A stretch of 64,000 nt of DNA from a virus (taxonomy: Duplodnaviria > Caudoviricetes), in IMG/VR virus record IMGVR_UViG_3300037780_000050, positions 1-64,000 of that record; one strand, given 5' to 3'. The notes beneath the pieces are model-generated. The model made no database searches and was not told the origin of the DNA. It saw nothing but the letters and a program-made list of their open reading frames with translations. The translations under genes and the position numbers were made by a program. This document shows, piece by piece, positions 63,686 to 64,000 of this stretch (positions within the stretch are counted from its first letter, which is position 1; the number at the start of each line of letters is the position of its first letter).

Positions 63686-64000
63686 ATGACCGACATCACG
63701 ATCGATCAGATGCGAGACCGGTTGCTCACCATCGAGCAGCTCCACACCGAGTTGGCAGCCACCGAGCCGCTCAGCGAGATGGAGTTCGAGACGGGCGAGC
63801 AGATCCGCTTCGAGCTGGGCGAGGGTGCGCTCACCCAGGCCCAGAACATCGCCGACACCGAGCCCGTCAACGCGGTGGCCCACATCAACGGCACCGTGTT
63901 CCCGCTGTCCAAGGAGGCGCTGCTGGAGGCCACCAGCAAGTGCGGCATCCCCAAGGGATACGCACAGCGGACCCCCGAGGGACTCATCGAGACCCACCTC
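63686..64000 (+). CDS. partial ORF truncated at the window end, possibly DUF932-like
   Basis: AGGAG RBS; GIPKGYA..P; no stop before 64000. Confidence 0.6.
   Translation, partial: MTDITIDQMRDRLLTIEQLHTELAATEPLSEMEFETGEQIRFELGEGALTQAQNIADTEPVNAVAHINGTVFPLSKEALLEATSKCGIPKGYAQRTPEGLIETHL

Noticed and set aside
1-64000. Integrase/repressor lysogeny module and tRNA genes
   Set aside because: None recognised in this window; lifestyle cannot be determined because the genome continues beyond it

Overview
The window is 64 kb of a high-GC, long-tailed (siphovirus-like) dsDNA phage or phage-derived contig. The host is probably an actinobacterium, inferred from the holin, DUF732-like, tape-measure and WhiG-like signatures. 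Almost every gene is on the + strand. Order: (1) 1-2.4 kb, a repeat-jointed cassette of small genes, then a non-coding repeat region that may be a genome end; (2) 2.4-6.7 kb, small accessory genes; (3) 6.8-37.9 kb, terminase, portal, MuF-like protein, a ~1,190-aa kinase-like/ART-like protein, Mu I-like protease-scaffold, decoration protein, lambda gpE-like capsid, neck genes, a glycosyltransferase, tail tube, frameshifting chaperones, a tape measure with a LysM-like tip, baseplate/fibre genes and holin; (4) 38-64 kb, SNF2-like helicase, FliA/WhiG-like sigma factor, a tandem array of MSDDL paralogues, a displaced M15-type endolysin, DnaB, early operons, HolB/HolA-like genes, family A polymerase, HAD phosphatase, SSB, resolvase and RecA, with the last gene truncated by the window end. 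I saw no integrase, tRNA, CRISPR array or intein. The strongest leads are the kinase/ART-like protein beside MuF, a six-copy palindromic operator over sigma-A-type promoters, candidate sigma28-type late promoters matching the phage sigma, two cassette arrays with conserved junctions, and a PolA with a DnaE-like tail next to clamp-loader-like genes. All family assignments come from reading motifs by eye; no database search was run.
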